Assembly: GCA_963804995.1 (NCBI GenBank)
Contig: CAWDSK010000002.1
Span: 320,001-384,000 of the forward strand
Reading direction: 5' to 3'
Length of the DNA stretch: 64,000 nt
Source: an uncultured Acidobacteriota bacterium
Lineage (GTDB): Bacteria; Acidobacteriota; Terriglobia; UBA7540
The notes below the pieces were generated by a model, which worked only from the letters and a program-made list of their open reading frames with translations, ran no database searches and was not told the DNA's origin. The translations under genes were made by a program, and so were the position numbers. This document shows, piece after piece, positions 39,302 through 50,674 of the stretch (positions are counted from its first letter, which is position 1; every line of letters begins with the position of its first letter).

Positions 39302-39616
39302 ATGTCTCAAGCCCAACGCGGTCCCAAGAAACTCGAAGTGCTTTGCCCCTGCTGCGGAGCGACATTGACTGTGGACACCCAGCTTGGCAAGGTGCTGTTC
39401 CATCAACCGCCGCCCAAGCAGGACAGGGGGCCGGATCTGAACGACGCCGTGCAGCTCTTGCAGAAAGAAGCCGAGCGTCGCGAAGCCATGTTCCGGCAGA
39501 GCGCTGAGGATGAGAAGGTCAAGTCGGATTTGCTGGACCGCAAGTTCAGAGAAGCCTTCGAGAAGACCAAGGACCAGCCCACCGGACCCCCGATCCGGGA
39601 TTTCGATTTGGATTAG
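39302..39616 (+). CDS. Hypothetical protein with N-terminal CPCC motif
   Basis: 104-aa ORF with charged helical C-terminus. Confidence 0.75.
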   Translation: MSQAQRGPKKLEVLCPCCGATLTVDTQLGKVLFHQPPPKQDRGPDLNDAVQLLQKEAERREAMFRQSAEDEKVKSDLLDRKFREAFEKTKDQPTGPPIRDFDLD

Positions 39617-39867
39617 CGCACACAGTGCAATCCCAAGTTGCCAAATCAGCCGATAGGGGAATAACTGAATGACCGGCTAACCCAAGGGCGCAACCCCCAA
39701 TTCACCGATCACGAATTCGATCGATGACCCAATTTTCAACTATCCCATTGCCACTCAGTCACTTCCATCCGTGAAAACGGCTCAACCCCCCTTGCATTTT
39801 GCCCCCGCTTTCCTTGACAAGCCTTGTGTGGAAGCTATAATTATTGTTTTGCGTTTATGAGGGTGGG

Positions 39868-40377
39868 GTGCGCATAACCCTTGCAGAACTTGAGCTTCAC
39901 CGGGTCATTGCCTCTGAGAACTATGCCCCGGGGGCGCTCGATTTTCACGGAGCGGAGTTCCGGCAGGCGGCGCCGCTCAAAATTGACGCGACGGCGGAGC
40001 TCCTGGGAGCGGAAATCCGCATTCGAGGGCATCTCTCAACCAACCTCGAAGCTAGTTGTGATCGTTGCCTGGCCGCGGTTAAGATTCCGGTGAGCAGCGA
40101 TTTCGACCTATTCTATAGGCCGCTCCAGACCATTGCCAAGGAAGAGGAGATCGAAATCCCCCAGGAAGAGCTGGAAATCGGCTTCTACTCCGGGGATGGC
40201 ATCGAACTTGCGGACGTGGCCACGGAGCAGGTAATTCTCTCCGTGCCCATGAAGGTAGTTTGCCGGACAGAGTGCCAGGGTCTGTGCCCGGTATGCGGGG
40301 TTAATAGAAATCTTGTATCATGCGATTGCTCGCCCCCGCAGGAAGACTCACCTTTTGCTTCGCTCAAGGAAGAGTGA
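39868..40377 (+). CDS. yceD: DUF177/YceD family protein
   Basis: CDRCL and C..ECQGLCPVCGVNRN; upstream of rpmF. Confidence 0.9.
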   Translation: MRITLAELELHRVIASENYAPGALDFHGAEFRQAAPLKIDATAELLGAEIRIRGHLSTNLEASCDRCLAAVKIPVSSDFDLFYRPLQTIAKEEEIEIPQEELEIGFYSGDGIELADVATEQVILSVPMKVVCRTECQGLCPVCGVNRNLVSCDCSPPQEDSPFASLKEE

Positions 40378-40513
40378 TTTCGGGGTGGCTCGGAGATACG
40401 ATTCAGGTTCGAGTCGTCCTGGTTAAAAGACAAAATGAGCCGGGTGTCAGACCGGCGGGCAGCAGGTGTTCGTCCCCGCGCTGCAGACCGTAATTGAGGA
40501 AAGAAGAGTAACT

Positions 40514-40699
40514 ATGGCAAATCCGAAACGACAACATTCCAAAGCGCGGCGGGATCGCCGACGGGCTCATGACCATCTGGCAACTCCGGGGATGGCCGAG
40601 TGCCCTCACTGTCACGAAAAAAAGCTGCCTCACCAGGTCTGCCCGCACTGCGGCTACTACCGCAGCCGGGAAGTGGTTCTGGTGGAGGAATCAGCCTAA
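40514..40699 (+). CDS. rpmF: 50S ribosomal protein L32
   Basis: MANPKRQHSKARRDRRRAH with CxxC...CxxC. Confidence 0.97.
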   Translation: MANPKRQHSKARRDRRRAHDHLATPGMAECPHCHEKKLPHQVCPHCGYYRSREVVLVEESA

Positions 40700-40786
40700 C
40701 GTGCCAGGCGATAGGCCTCCGAGATTCGAGCCGGTGCGACCTTCTCTTCCCGCGCCGGCCATATTCCAAAGTTTGAATTGACCACC

Positions 40787-41803
40787 ATGCGACGCATCGC
40801 CGTTGACGCCATGGGCACCGACGCGGCGCCCGGCCCCGAAGTTGAGGGAGCCATCCAAGCCGCGCGGGAAGGATACGCGGAGGTTCTGCTGGTCGGGCCG
40901 CAAGACAGCCTTAAGCCCGAACTCAGCCGCCGCGGCGCCCAGGGCCTGCCCATTGAGATCGTGCACGCCAGCGAGGCCGTCACCATGGGGGACAAGGCCA
41001 CCAAGGCCTTCCGCCAGCGGCGCGATTCCTCCCTCCGCGTTTCGGCCCGCCTGGTGCACGAGGGCAAGGCCGACGGCATGATCACCGCCGGCAACACCGG
41101 CGCGGCGATGACCACCGCCAAGATCGTGCTGGGAGCGCTGGAAGGCGTGGACCGGCCGGCGATCGCCCAGGTTTTTCCCACCTCCAAGGGCACTGCGTCC
41201 GTGCTGCTCGATGTGGGCGCGAATGTGGATTGCAAGGCCCACCACCTGGTGGAGTTCGCGGTGATGGGCGAAACCTATTACCGTGTAATCTTCGGCGTGG
41301 AGCGGCCGCGCGTGGGCCTGCTCTCCATCGGCCAGGAGGAGCACAAAGGAAACGAACTGACGCGCGAGGCGCTGGGGCTGCTCAAACTGCTCCCCTTGAA
41401 TTTTATCGGCAACGTAGAAGGCCGCGACCTTTATAATGGCCGCGTAGAAGTAATCGTCTGTGACGGTTTTATCGGCAACGTCGCTTTGAAAATCAGCGAA
41501 GGGGCAATTGAAGCGATCTCCAGCCTCTTAAAGGAAGCTTTTTCAAGTTCACTCTCTTCCAAGGTTGGTTACCTCCTCTCCCGAAAAGCCCTCCGACGAT
41601 TTAAGAAGCGGGTGGATTATTCTGAGTACGGCGGCGCGCCCCTGCTGGGTGTGAAGGGCGTGTGCATCATCTGCCACGGCGGATCGAACGACAATGCCAT
41701 CAAAAACGCCATCCGCGTTGCGGCGGAATTCGCCGAAGGTAAAGTAAACGAGAAGATTGAACGCGAGTTGGCGGCTGCTTCCCTGGGGAATCCCAAAGGG
41801 TAG
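40787..41803 (+). CDS. plsX: Phosphate acyltransferase
   Basis: [34 protein letters not shown]. Confidence 0.96.
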   Translation: MRRIAVDAMGTDAAPGPEVEGAIQAAREGYAEVLLVGPQDSLKPELSRRGAQGLPIEIVHASEAVTMGDKATKAFRQRRDSSLRVSARLVHEGKADGMITAGNTGAAMTTAKIVLGALEGVDRPAIAQVFPTSKGTASVLLDVGANVDCKAHHLVEFAVMGETYYRVIFGVERPRVGLLSIGQEEHKGNELTREALGLLKLLPLNFIGNVEGRDLYNGRVEVIVCDGFIGNVALKISEGAIEAISSLLKEAFSSSLSSKVGYLLSRKALRRFKKRVDYSEYGGAPLLGVKGVCIICHGGSNDNAIKNAIRVAAEFAEGKVNEKIERELAAASLGNPKG

Positions 41804-41873
41804 TCAAGGGTTCCAGATTCAGTGCCGCGTCCCTCTCTCCCGGAGAAAGCTTCCGGAAACCTGAGGAGTCTCT

Positions 41874-42854
41874 ATGTGTTTAGCGGGTGTTCTAGGAACC
41901 GGCTCAGCCTTGCCGGAAAAGGTCATTACCAACGCGGATCTCGAAAAGATGGTAGAGACCTCCGATCAGTGGATTACCGACCGCACCGGCATCAAAGAGC
42001 GTCGCCAGGCCGCGCCCCACGAAACCACCTCCACTCTATCGGTAGTTGCTTCACGCCTGGCTCTGGAAAAAGCGGGGATCAAAGCCGCGGATCTCGACCT
42101 GATCATTTGTTCGACGATTTCGCCCGACATGCCGCTGCCGGCCACGGCCTCGCTCATCCAGCGCGACCTTGGCGCCCGTGGCTGCTGCGCCTTCGATCTG
42201 GCGGCGGCGTGTTCCGGGTTCCTTTTTGGGATGACCGTGGCCGAGCAGTTCATCCGCAACGGTACGGCAAAATACGTCTTGGTGATCGGCGCTGAACTGC
42301 TCTCGCGTTATCTCGATTATAAAGACCGCGCCACTTGCGTCATTTTCGGGGACGGCGTCGCCGCGGCCGTGTTCGGGCCCGTGGAGCCACCCTCGGGAAT
42401 CTTGGCGCACGAGTTGCACACCGAAGGTCAGTACGCTGACCACCTTTTCATCCCGGCGGGCGGCACCGCTATGCCGACTTCCTGTGAGACCATCGAACAG
42501 GGCGCGCACTACATCAAGATGCGCGGCAATGAGCTTTTCAAAGTGGCCGTGCGCAGCCTGGAAGAGGTCTCGCGCCACGTTATGAAGAAGGCCGGCGTTA
42601 CGGCCGATGATATCGACCTCTTCATCCCCCACCAGGCGAACCAGCGTATTACGGAAGCGGTCCGCGAGCGGTTGGGCGTGGCCCCCGAAAAGCTCTATTC
42701 CAATATCAGCCGCATCGGCAACACCTCCTCGGCCTCCATCCCCATCTGCCTGGATGAGTGTGTGCATGATGGGCGCTTGAAGAAGGGGGACTTGGTGCTC
42801 ATGTCCGCCTTCGGCGCGGGCGTGACGTGGGGGGCGGTTTTAATGAGATGGTAG
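41874..42854 (+). CDS. fabH: 3-oxoacyl-ACP synthase III
   Basis: AACSGF, HQAN, GNTSSAS, FGAG. Confidence 0.96.
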   Translation: MCLAGVLGTGSALPEKVITNADLEKMVETSDQWITDRTGIKERRQAAPHETTSTLSVVASRLALEKAGIKAADLDLIICSTISPDMPLPATASLIQRDLGARGCCAFDLAAACSGFLFGMTVAEQFIRNGTAKYVLVIGAELLSRYLDYKDRATCVIFGDGVAAAVFGPVEPPSGILAHELHTEGQYADHLFIPAGGTAMPTSCETIEQGAHYIKMRGNELFKVAVRSLEEVSRHVMKKAGVTADDIDLFIPHQANQRITEAVRERLGVAPEKLYSNISRIGNTSSASIPICLDECVHDGRLKKGDLVLMSAFGAGVTWGAVLMRW

Positions 42855-42972
42855 TCCGTTGTGCTTTGCGGACGATTTAGGAGAGCCGAAACTCGAAAAT
42901 CGAAACTCGAAACTCGCCGCGATTTTCGAATTTCGGCCTTACGGGCCACAGGTAGGTTCCAGGGTTTCCAAA

Positions 42973-43917
42973 GTGAAGACAGCCTTCATCTTTCCCGGTC
43001 AAGGTTCTCAGTACCCCGGCATGGGCCGAGAGTTGGCGGAGAATTTCGGAGTCGCTCGCCAGGTTTTCGACGCCTCGGACGCGGCGTTAGGGTTCGGCAT
43101 TTCCAAGCTCTGCTTTGAAGGCCCGGCGGAAGAGCTGCAGCTTACTGCGAATACTCAACCGGCCATCCTCACTGCGTCTGTTGCTGCTGCCATGGTGTTG
43201 CGCGAGAAGGGAGTGCATCCGGATTTTGTTGCCGGCCACAGCCTGGGGGAGTACTCGGCGCTAGTGGCGGCGGGCGCACTCAGACTCTCGGACGCCGTGC
43301 GCCTGGTTCGCAAGCGTGGGCAGTACATGCAGGAAGCCGTGCCGGTGGGCCAGGGCGCGATGGCGGCGATCCTGGGCCTGGACGGGGCCGTGCTGGAGGA
43401 AGTTTGCCGGGAAGCCGCGCAGGGAGAAGTAGTCTCGCCGGCGAATTTGAACTCGCCGGGGCAGGTGGTAATCGCCGGAAGCGCCGCTGCGGTGGCCAGA
43501 GCTGTCGAAGGGGCGAAAGCGCGTGGCGCCAAGCGCGCCATCATGCTCAACGTGAGCGCACCCTTCCACAGTGCCCTGATGAAGCCCGCCCAAGACCGGT
43601 TGAGTGTGGATTTGGATGCAACCGAAGTGGCCGACCCGCAAGTGCCCCTGGTGAATAACGCGGACGCACAGGTTGTGAAGTCCGCATCTGTGGTGCGCGA
43701 TGGGTTGAAGCGCCAAGTGACGGCTCCCGTGCGTTGGGAAGAATCGATGCGCCGCCTGCGCGCGGAAGGTGTGGACTTGTTTGTGGAGGTCGGACCGGGT
43801 AAAGTGCTCTCGGGGCTGCTTCGGCAGGTCGACCGCGTGGCCGAGTGCTGGCACGTCGAGGACGTGGCAACGCTGAGCGAGGTTATGGCGCATATGGCGC
43901 CGAAGGTTGACGTTTAG
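42973..43917 (+). CDS. fabD: Malonyl-CoA:ACP transacylase
   Basis: FPGQGSQ, GHSLGEY, SAPFH. Confidence 0.96.
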   Translation: MKTAFIFPGQGSQYPGMGRELAENFGVARQVFDASDAALGFGISKLCFEGPAEELQLTANTQPAILTASVAAAMVLREKGVHPDFVAGHSLGEYSALVAAGALRLSDAVRLVRKRGQYMQEAVPVGQGAMAAILGLDGAVLEEVCREAAQGEVVSPANLNSPGQVVIAGSAAAVARAVEGAKARGAKRAIMLNVSAPFHSALMKPAQDRLSVDLDATEVADPQVPLVNNADAQVVKSASVVRDGLKRQVTAPVRWEESMRRLRAEGVDLFVEVGPGKVLSGLLRQVDRVAECWHVEDVATLSEVMAHMAPKVDV

Positions 43918-44014
43918 GGGCGGTTCCCGATCCGATCGGGACAGTTTGCGCCCTGCCTTCCTTTGCGTCTAAACAATCTTTCGGCCATCCAAACAGATGG
44001 GAGCAGGTGAACGT

Positions 44015-44761
44015 ATGTTGAGCATGGAAGGACGCGTGGCGATTGTGACGGGCGGCGCGCAGGGAATTGGCCGGGCCACGGTGATGGTTCTGGCGGAGCG
44101 GGGCGCCAGCATCGGCTTGACCAACATCCGCTGCGCCAAGCTCGATTCGACGATCAAGGAACTTGAGGACATGGGAAGAAAAGCCCTCAAGTTCTGTGTG
44201 GATGTCACTGATGTGGAGGCAGTTGAGGAGATGGTGGAACAGACCGTGGCCACCTGGGGGAAGATTGACATCCTGGTGAACAACGCGGGCATAACCAAGG
44301 ATAACCTGGTGATGCGCATGAAGACTGACGACTGGCAAGCCGTCCTCAAGACCAATCTGGATGGGACCTTCTACTGCACCCGCGCGGTGCTGCCCCACAT
44401 GGTCCGGCAGCGTTATGGCCGCATCATCAATGTGGCCTCGGTGGTGGCGCAGGCCGGGAATGTGGGCCAGGCGAACTACATCGCCTCCAAGGCGGGAATC
44501 ATCGGCCTCACCAAGGCCGTAGCCGCGGAAGTGGCGCGGCGCAACATTACCGTAAATGCCATCGCGCCAGGTTTCATCGCCACCCCCATGACGGAGGGGT
44601 TGCCGGCCGAGATCAAGCAGAAGATGCTGAGCATGATTCCCATTGGCCGCATGGGAACCGACGCCGAGGTGGCCAACGCTGTGCTTTTCCTCGCCTCTGA
44701 GGAGGCGAGCTACATTACCGGTCACGTCTTGAACATTAACGGCGGAATGTTTATGGCTTAG
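44015..44761 (+). CDS. fabG: 3-oxoacyl-ACP reductase
   Basis: TGGAQGIG, NNAGITKD, YIASK; operon context. Confidence 0.95.
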   Translation: MLSMEGRVAIVTGGAQGIGRATVMVLAERGASIGLTNIRCAKLDSTIKELEDMGRKALKFCVDVTDVEAVEEMVEQTVATWGKIDILVNNAGITKDNLVMRMKTDDWQAVLKTNLDGTFYCTRAVLPHMVRQRYGRIINVASVVAQAGNVGQANYIASKAGIIGLTKAVAAEVARRNITVNAIAPGFIATPMTEGLPAEIKQKMLSMIPIGRMGTDAEVANAVLFLASEEASYITGHVLNINGGMFMA

Positions 44762-44858
44762 TGACTGAGCCCGCCGGGCTGCGCTCGGCCGCGCTTGACG
44801 CTTTCCGGGAGCGCAGATAGAATGAGCGGCCTTATGTAACTTTGAGGAGGATAGACTG

Positions 44859-45107
44859 ATGGCATCGCCCGATGAGAAGGTGAAACAGATAATTGTAGAG
44901 CAGCTTGGAGTGGACGAGTCGGAAGTGACCCCGACGGCGCATTTCGTTGACGACCTCGGCGCCGATTCGCTCGACATCGTGGAACTGGTGATGGCCTTTG
45001 AAGAGGCCTTCGAAATCGAGATTCCTGACGAGGACGCGGAAAAGATCACGACCGTCAAGGACGCGATCGATTACATTCAAGCCCACACCAAGGGCTCGAA
45101 GAACTGA
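44859..45107 (+). CDS. acpP: Acyl carrier protein
   Basis: DLGADSLD. Confidence 0.97.
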   Translation: MASPDEKVKQIIVEQLGVDESEVTPTAHFVDDLGADSLDIVELVMAFEEAFEIEIPDEDAEKITTVKDAIDYIQAHTKGSKN

Positions 45108-45143
45108 CCAACCCAGGGCAGGTTTCCAGAGGAGGAGCACAGC

Positions 45144-46385
45144 TTGACGCGTAGAGTTGTCGTGACCGGTGTGGGATTACTCACCGCCGTCGGCCTCGAC
45201 ACGGCGGAGTCGTGGCAGAATCTCCTGGCCGGCAAGAGCGGCGTGGCGCCCATCACACATTTTGACACCACGGGCTTCGCCGTGAGCATCGCGGCGGAAG
45301 TCAAAGGTTTCGACCCTTTTCAGTTCATCGAAAAGAAAGAACTGAAGAAGATGGGGACCTTCATTCAGTTTGCCCTCGCCGCCGCGTCTTACGCGATGCA
45401 GCAGTCTCACCTCCAAATCAACCCTGACTTTGCTGAACGTGTGGGTGTGTACATCGGTTCGGGCATCGGCGGATTCGATGTCATCGAGCGCGAGCACACG
45501 GCGCTCCTGCAGGGTGGGCCCCGCAAGATTTCACCTTTCTTCATTCCTGCCGCCATCGTCAACCTGGCATCCGGCCACGTCTCCATCCGCTACGGCGCCA
45601 AGGGGCCGAACTCCGCCACTTGCACCGCGTGCTCTTCGAGCGCGCACGCCGTGGGTGATTCCTTCAAGCTCATCCAACGCTGTGCCGCTGACGTGATGAT
45701 TTGCGGTGGCACCGAGGCGGCCATCACTCCCATGGGCGTGGGTGGATTTGCGGCCATGCGCGCGCTTTCCACCCGCAATGATGAGCCTGCCAAAGCCAGC
45801 CGCCCCTTCGATAGAGAACGCGACGGCTTCGTGATTGGCGAAGGCGCGGGGATCCTGATCCTGGAAGGATTGGACTTCGCGCTCAAGCGCGGCGCGCCGA
45901 TTCTGGCTGAAATCGTCGGCTATGGCATGTCGGGCGACGCCTTCCATATCACCCAACCCGATGAAAATGCTGACGGCGCGGTGCGCGCCATGCGGGCGAC
46001 GCTCGCGGATGCAGAGATCCTTCCCGAGCAGGTCAGTTACATCAACGCCCACGGCACCTCGACACCTTACAACGACCGCCTGGAAACGCTGGCCATCAAG
46101 AAGGTTTTCGGTCACCACGCTTACAAGCTGCCGGTGAGTTCCACGAAGTCGATGACCGGCCATTTGCTGGGCGGCGCAGGAGGCCTGGAAGCAGGCATCA
46201 CCGCGCTTGCCTTGCACGACCAGGTGCTGCCGCCTACCATCAATCTCGAAAACCCCGACCCCGATTGCGACCTCGACTACGTTCCCAATCAAGCGCGCAA
46301 GGCTGAGGTCGAGTACGCCCTCTCGAATTCCTTCGGCTTTGGCGGTACCAACGCTGCGCTATTGATGAAACGCTACACCGGCTAG
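45144..46385 (+). CDS. fabF: 3-oxoacyl-ACP synthase II
   Basis: TACSS, AHGTST, KSMTGH, SFGFGGTN. Confidence 0.96.
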   Translation: MTRRVVVTGVGLLTAVGLDTAESWQNLLAGKSGVAPITHFDTTGFAVSIAAEVKGFDPFQFIEKKELKKMGTFIQFALAAASYAMQQSHLQINPDFAERVGVYIGSGIGGFDVIEREHTALLQGGPRKISPFFIPAAIVNLASGHVSIRYGAKGPNSATCTACSSSAHAVGDSFKLIQRCAADVMICGGTEAAITPMGVGGFAAMRALSTRNDEPAKASRPFDRERDGFVIGEGAGILILEGLDFALKRGAPILAEIVGYGMSGDAFHITQPDENADGAVRAMRATLADAEILPEQVSYINAHGTSTPYNDRLETLAIKKVFGHHAYKLPVSSTKSMTGHLLGGAGGLEAGITALALHDQVLPPTINLENPDPDCDLDYVPNQARKAEVEYALSNSFGFGGTNAALLMKRYTG

Positions 46386-46478
46386 CAGGCTAGGGTGCAC
46401 GCCTGGGAAATGAAATTCTGGGAAAGTGGGGTTGAAATAAGTTCTCTCTTACGGCTATAATAGCCGTAAGGAGGAACC

Positions 46479-46880
46479 ATGGCTCAGTCTTTTGAAGTTC
46501 CTGGTCCGGTCCGTGAGCTTGCCGCTCGGTTGGGTCAGTCCCAGCCCATGCGGCGCGGCTCCCTATCGGAGCGTTATGTGAAATGCGGCAAGCCGGGTTG
46601 TGGTTGCGCGGAGGATGCCAAGGCGCGGCACGGCCCTTATTACAGTCTGACGCAGGCGGTGGGAGGGCAGACCCGCTCCCGCTTCTTGAACCCCGAGGAA
46701 GCGCAGCGGGCGCGAGAGCAGATCGAGACGGGCCAGCAGTTTCGGCGTCAGGTGGAGGCTTACTGGGCTGCCTGTGAGCAATGGGCGGATGCCCAGCTGG
46801 AAGCCCGGGAGGAAGAAGGGCAAGCCGAGGTTAAAAAAAACCGCACTCGGCGAGGCTCTGGCGCACGACCTCACCGCTGA
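46479..46880 (+). CDS. IS accessory ORF (DUF6788-like)
   Basis: MRRGSL...CGKPGCGC...HGPY; A8 tract near its end. Confidence 0.75.
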   Translation: MAQSFEVPGPVRELAARLGQSQPMRRGSLSERYVKCGKPGCGCAEDAKARHGPYYSLTQAVGGQTRSRFLNPEEAQRAREQIETGQQFRRQVEAYWAACEQWADAQLEAREEEGQAEVKKNRTRRGSGARPHR

Positions 46881-48187
46881 GATTGAGCGCCTGGTGGGTC
46901 GGGAAGCCACGGCGGCTCTGGACTTCGAGGCGGTGGAAACGGCCGTACGCCGTCAGGCTTTGCGCTTCGCCGCGCGGGTGGTGGAGCAGCGGCTGAATGC
47001 CGACCACTCCGACTTTACCGGAGCCCGTCGGCCGTGTTCCTGCGGTCAGCCCGCGCGCTATGTAGACCGGCGGGCCAAGCCTTTCCAGACCGTGCTGGGC
47101 GAATTACGGCTGGAGCGCGCCTACTATTATTGTGCTGCCTGCCAGCGCGGGTTCTGTCCTCGTGACCAGCAGTGGGGAATGGAGGACACTTCTCTGTCCC
47201 CGGCGGTGACACGCATGGTGGGCACGGTGGGAGCCTTGGTGAGCTTTCAAGAAGGGCGTGAACTCCTCGGGGAATTGGCGGGCGTGGAAGTAAGTGCCAA
47301 GCAGGTGGAGCGTACGGCGGAGGCGCTGGGAGCGGAAGTCGCCGAGGATGAACGCCAACCGGTGGAGGCGGTGAGGGAAGGACCCTTGCCGCCCACCCTC
47401 TATCTCGGCCTGGATGGTACCGGCATTCCCATGCGCAAGGAGGAACTCACGGGGCGAGCGGGCAAGCAGCCGGATGGCTCCGCCCAAACCCGCGAGGTCA
47501 AGGTCTGCGCCATCTGGAGCGCGGAAGCGCGCGATGCCGAAGGCCGGCCCCGGCGTGATGCTGGCTCGGTCAGCTACTCGGCGGCCATCGAGACGGCGGC
47601 CTGCCGCGACACCGACTCCCAGATCGCAGCATTTACCCAGCGCGTTCGAGCGTGAGGCGAAGCGTTGAGACTTCGGGCAAGCCTCTCGCCAAGTGGTGAT
47701 CGGCGACGGGGCTCCCTGGATCTGGAACATCGCCGCGGAGGTGTTCCCGCAAGCCCTGCAAATCGTGGATCGTTACCACGTGAAGGAGCATTTGAGCCAA
47801 GTGGCCAAGGCCCTCTATGGGCAAGCGGAGGCATCCCATCGCTGGGCGCAACGTCGGCACCAAGAATTGGATGGCGGGCGTTGGCGGAGTCTGACGACGG
47901 CGCTGGCCCGCCATGCGGCCCGCTCACCGGAAGCCCGCAACTGCCTTCAGTACTTGCAGCGCAACCGGCACCGCATGCGCTACGCGGAATTTCATGCCCA
48001 GCACCTGTGTACTTCCTCAGGGGTTCTGGAGGCGGGTTGCAGGGTTGTCGTGGGGTCGCGCCTAAAACGTTCGGGCATGCATTGGACCGTGCGCGGCTCC
48101 AATGCCATCATCGCTCTGCGGTGTTACAAACTCAGCGGTCGCTTCGAAGACTTCTGGGAACGCCGGGCGCACAGGGTGGGGGCGTGA
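46774..48187 (+). pseudogene. ISKra4-like transposase with a +1 frameshift (~47646) and an in-frame TGA (~47666)
   Basis: LDGTG, GDGAPWIW, DRYH, SGVLEAGC, RLKRSGMHW split over two frames. Confidence 0.85.
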
Positions 48188-48357
48188 GCCCGCTCACTCC
48201 TTCGTCGTGCACCCAGCAGGCTAAGTAACGTTGACACCCTCTGGACCGTCCGTTATAGTGAACCACGGGTGCCGGAGCCTCCCTCCTTTGGCACTGGTAT
48301 TTTCGGCGGCCGGGCTCGAATGATTCCTCCCCTGGTAAGGGCTGGGTTCGAAGGCTC

Positions 48358-48975
48358 ATGAATCTCCCTATCTCGTTAACCCTCCTCCGAATCTTCTTTG
48401 TGCCCATCGTGGTTGTTCTGCTTCTCACTAAAGGCGAGAACATGGACCTGTGGGCGGTGGGGGTCTTTCTGCTCGCCGCCGCCACCGACCTGCTGGATGG
48501 TTACCTGGCGCGGAAACGTGGCCAGATCACTACCTTGGGCATCTTGCTGGATCCCATTGCCGACAAGTTGCTGACGTCCGCCGCTTTTATCTCTTTGGTG
48601 GAACTCCACTTCGTGCCAGCCTGGATGGTGGTCATTATCGTGGGCAGGGAGTTCGCTGTCTCCGGCCTGCGATCGATTGCCAGCGCGGAAGGCTACGTCC
48701 TGGAACCTTCGGAGCTGGGCAAGACCAAGATGGTGTTCCAGGTGGTGGCGATTACCGTCATCGTTCTGGAAGGCAGCCGGTATCCTGGAGTGCGTCCTCT
48801 TGGTGAAGTCTTGTTATGGATGGTCGTGCTCTTCGCCGTTGCCTCAGCGGTGCAATACTTCTGGAATTTCTGGAAACGCCTGGACGAGCGCGTGAAACGT
48901 CACTCCTCCCGCCGCCTGATGGTGATCCGGGCCGGCGAGAAGGAACCGGAGGAGAAAGATGTTGCCGCTCAGTGA
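48358..48975 (+). CDS. pgsA: CDP-diacylglycerol--glycerol-3-phosphate phosphatidyltransferase
   Basis: TDLLDGYLARK...GILLDPIADK. Confidence 0.93.
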   Translation: MNLPISLTLLRIFFVPIVVVLLLTKGENMDLWAVGVFLLAAATDLLDGYLARKRGQITTLGILLDPIADKLLTSAAFISLVELHFVPAWMVVIIVGREFAVSGLRSIASAEGYVLEPSELGKTKMVFQVVAITVIVLEGSRYPGVRPLGEVLLWMVVLFAVASAVQYFWNFWKRLDERVKRHSSRRLMVIRAGEKEPEEKDVAAQ

Positions 48976-49531
48976 AACCGATCAGCAAACCCTGCTGAGG
49001 ATGGCGCGCGAAGCCATCGAAGGCTACCTCAACTCAGCTCAAATCCCCAATATCCCGGAGCCCCCAGAAACGCTGCGGCAGCCCTGCGGGGCCTTCGTAA
49101 CTTTGCGCAAAGGCAAACACTTGCGAGGATGCATCGGCTATGTGGAGGCGCGCAGGCCCCTCTACGTTACGGTCCGCGAATGTGCGGTGAGCGCGGCGCT
49201 GCACGACCCACGCTTCCCTCCCGTCACGAAGAAGGAGATGCCGGGATTGAATATGGAAATCTCCGTCCTCTCTCCCCTGGTTGAGATTGCCCCCGAGAAA
49301 ATCGAGATCGGACGGCACGGGCTGCTGATCTCTCGCGGAGCTCAGCGAGGCCTCTTGTTACCCCAAGTTGCAGTGGAATGGAATTGGGGGCGGGAACGAT
49401 TCTTGGACGAAACCTGCTTGAAAGCGGGGTTGCCATCCGACGCCTGGCAGCACGGCGCAAGGATTCAAGCCTTCACGGCGCAAGTCTTCCCAGAGCCTGA
49501 CCCTACGCGTTCTTCTCAGCCCGCGGCCTGA
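48959..49531 (+). CDS. AMMECR1-family protein (AmmeMemoRadiSam protein A)
   Basis: GAFVTL, LRGCIG, DPRF, EISVLS, LLPQV. Confidence 0.92.
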   Translation: MLPLSETDQQTLLRMAREAIEGYLNSAQIPNIPEPPETLRQPCGAFVTLRKGKHLRGCIGYVEARRPLYVTVRECAVSAALHDPRFPPVTKKEMPGLNMEISVLSPLVEIAPEKIEIGRHGLLISRGAQRGLLLPQVAVEWNWGRERFLDETCLKAGLPSDAWQHGARIQAFTAQVFPEPDPTRSSQPAA

Positions 49532-49722
49532 ACTCTTTCACGGCCTTGCCCCGCTCGATTGCGAAGCCACTAGGTCTTGCCGCGCTCTAGTGCCGCTTTC
49601 CGCATTTCAAGCGACACAACCCGAGTGCACCGGCAGCGCCGGCGCCATTGCCGGCGCAGCCCATGTGCCTGGAAGGACCTGGCGTTAGTTATCCACCGAA
49701 CAGGTTTTTTCCCCCGGCGGGA

Positions 49723-50541
49723 TTATTCTGCCTCGATGCTATCCCCAGCGGCGATTTCGCGAAAACTGTCGATGATAATCGCCACAGAAGACCTCTCGTG
49801 CACGGAAAGCACGACCGCCTCGCCCACCGTCTCGGGCGGCAAGAGCCTACCTCCCCAAGTGATGTGCTTGTAAATGCGAAATCGCTGGCCTGTCTTGACC
49901 TGACCATCGTCACCCATGCTCAGATACACAATGCTTCGTGTTCCGAGAACGCCATAGTTATTGAGAGCTGCGGCGATGAATCCGTGTGCTTTCTTGTCAT
50001 CGGTAGGCGTGAACTTGTCGATGCGCGGGGTTACCGTGTATTCTGGAATGGGGCGGACTACGTAGGGCACCAAAATATCTCCGGTGTTGATCGGGCCACA
50101 AGCGAAAGTGACTGCCGCCACGGTTCCTTCGGAACTCACGTGGGTCACCTTCACCTTGCCGATATCCTCGTAGGGCCGGCCCAGTCGGTTGATATCCCGA
50201 TCCTGACCTGAATAACGGGAGGTAAGGTAGATATCTTTACCCGGACGTATCACGGAGTATTCCGAGCCGATGGCGAATTCCACCTTGCCGCGACTGCCGA
50301 TGTAAACCGAATGGCCGGGTTTAAATCCCCGGAGCGGCGCTTGGGTATCATCATCCTCTCCACCGGCCACAAACATGTCGTTGGAAACTGAAGAGCCGGC
50401 GATGAAGCCTGTACAGTCCGCTTCTGAACGCGTGGCGGCGGGCTTAGAGGCCAGTGTGGTTGGTTGAGTTTCTTGGGCTAGAGCGGCAACCGCTGAGGCC
50501 GCGAGGAACACTAGGGCTATACCGAGAGTTATTCGACGCAC
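49723..50541 (-). CDS. Exported beta-rich hypothetical protein
   Basis: GGAGG RBS before GTG; signal peptide; duplicated beta-barrel-like pattern. Confidence 0.75.
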   Translation of the reverse strand: MRRITLGIALVFLAASAVAALAQETQPTTLASKPAATRSEADCTGFIAGSSVSNDMFVAGGEDDDTQAPLRGFKPGHSVYIGSRGKVEFAIGSEYSVIRPGKDIYLTSRYSGQDRDINRLGRPYEDIGKVKVTHVSSEGTVAAVTFACGPINTGDILVPYVVRPIPEYTVTPRIDKFTPTDDKKAHGFIAAALNNYGVLGTRSIVYLSMGDDGQVKTGQRFRIYKHITWGGRLLPPETVGEAVVLSVHERSSVAIIIDSFREIAAGDSIEAE

Positions 50542-50674
50542 AGGTTTCCTCCTTAGATTACCAACGACTGGCGCAGGCGGATCATCCCCCAATGAAGCCG
50601 CCGACGAGCAAACCCCTACTACAGCGCAAGTGTAAGCAATAAAGATACCTTGTGTCAAGCAAGGTTATACGGGG

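Larger units (their letters stand above)
46393..48214 (+). mobile_element. ISKra4-like insertion sequence
   Basis: TIR GGGTGCACG/CGTGCACCC; 9-bp target duplication AGCAGGCTA at 46384-46392 and 48215-48223. Confidence 0.88.
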
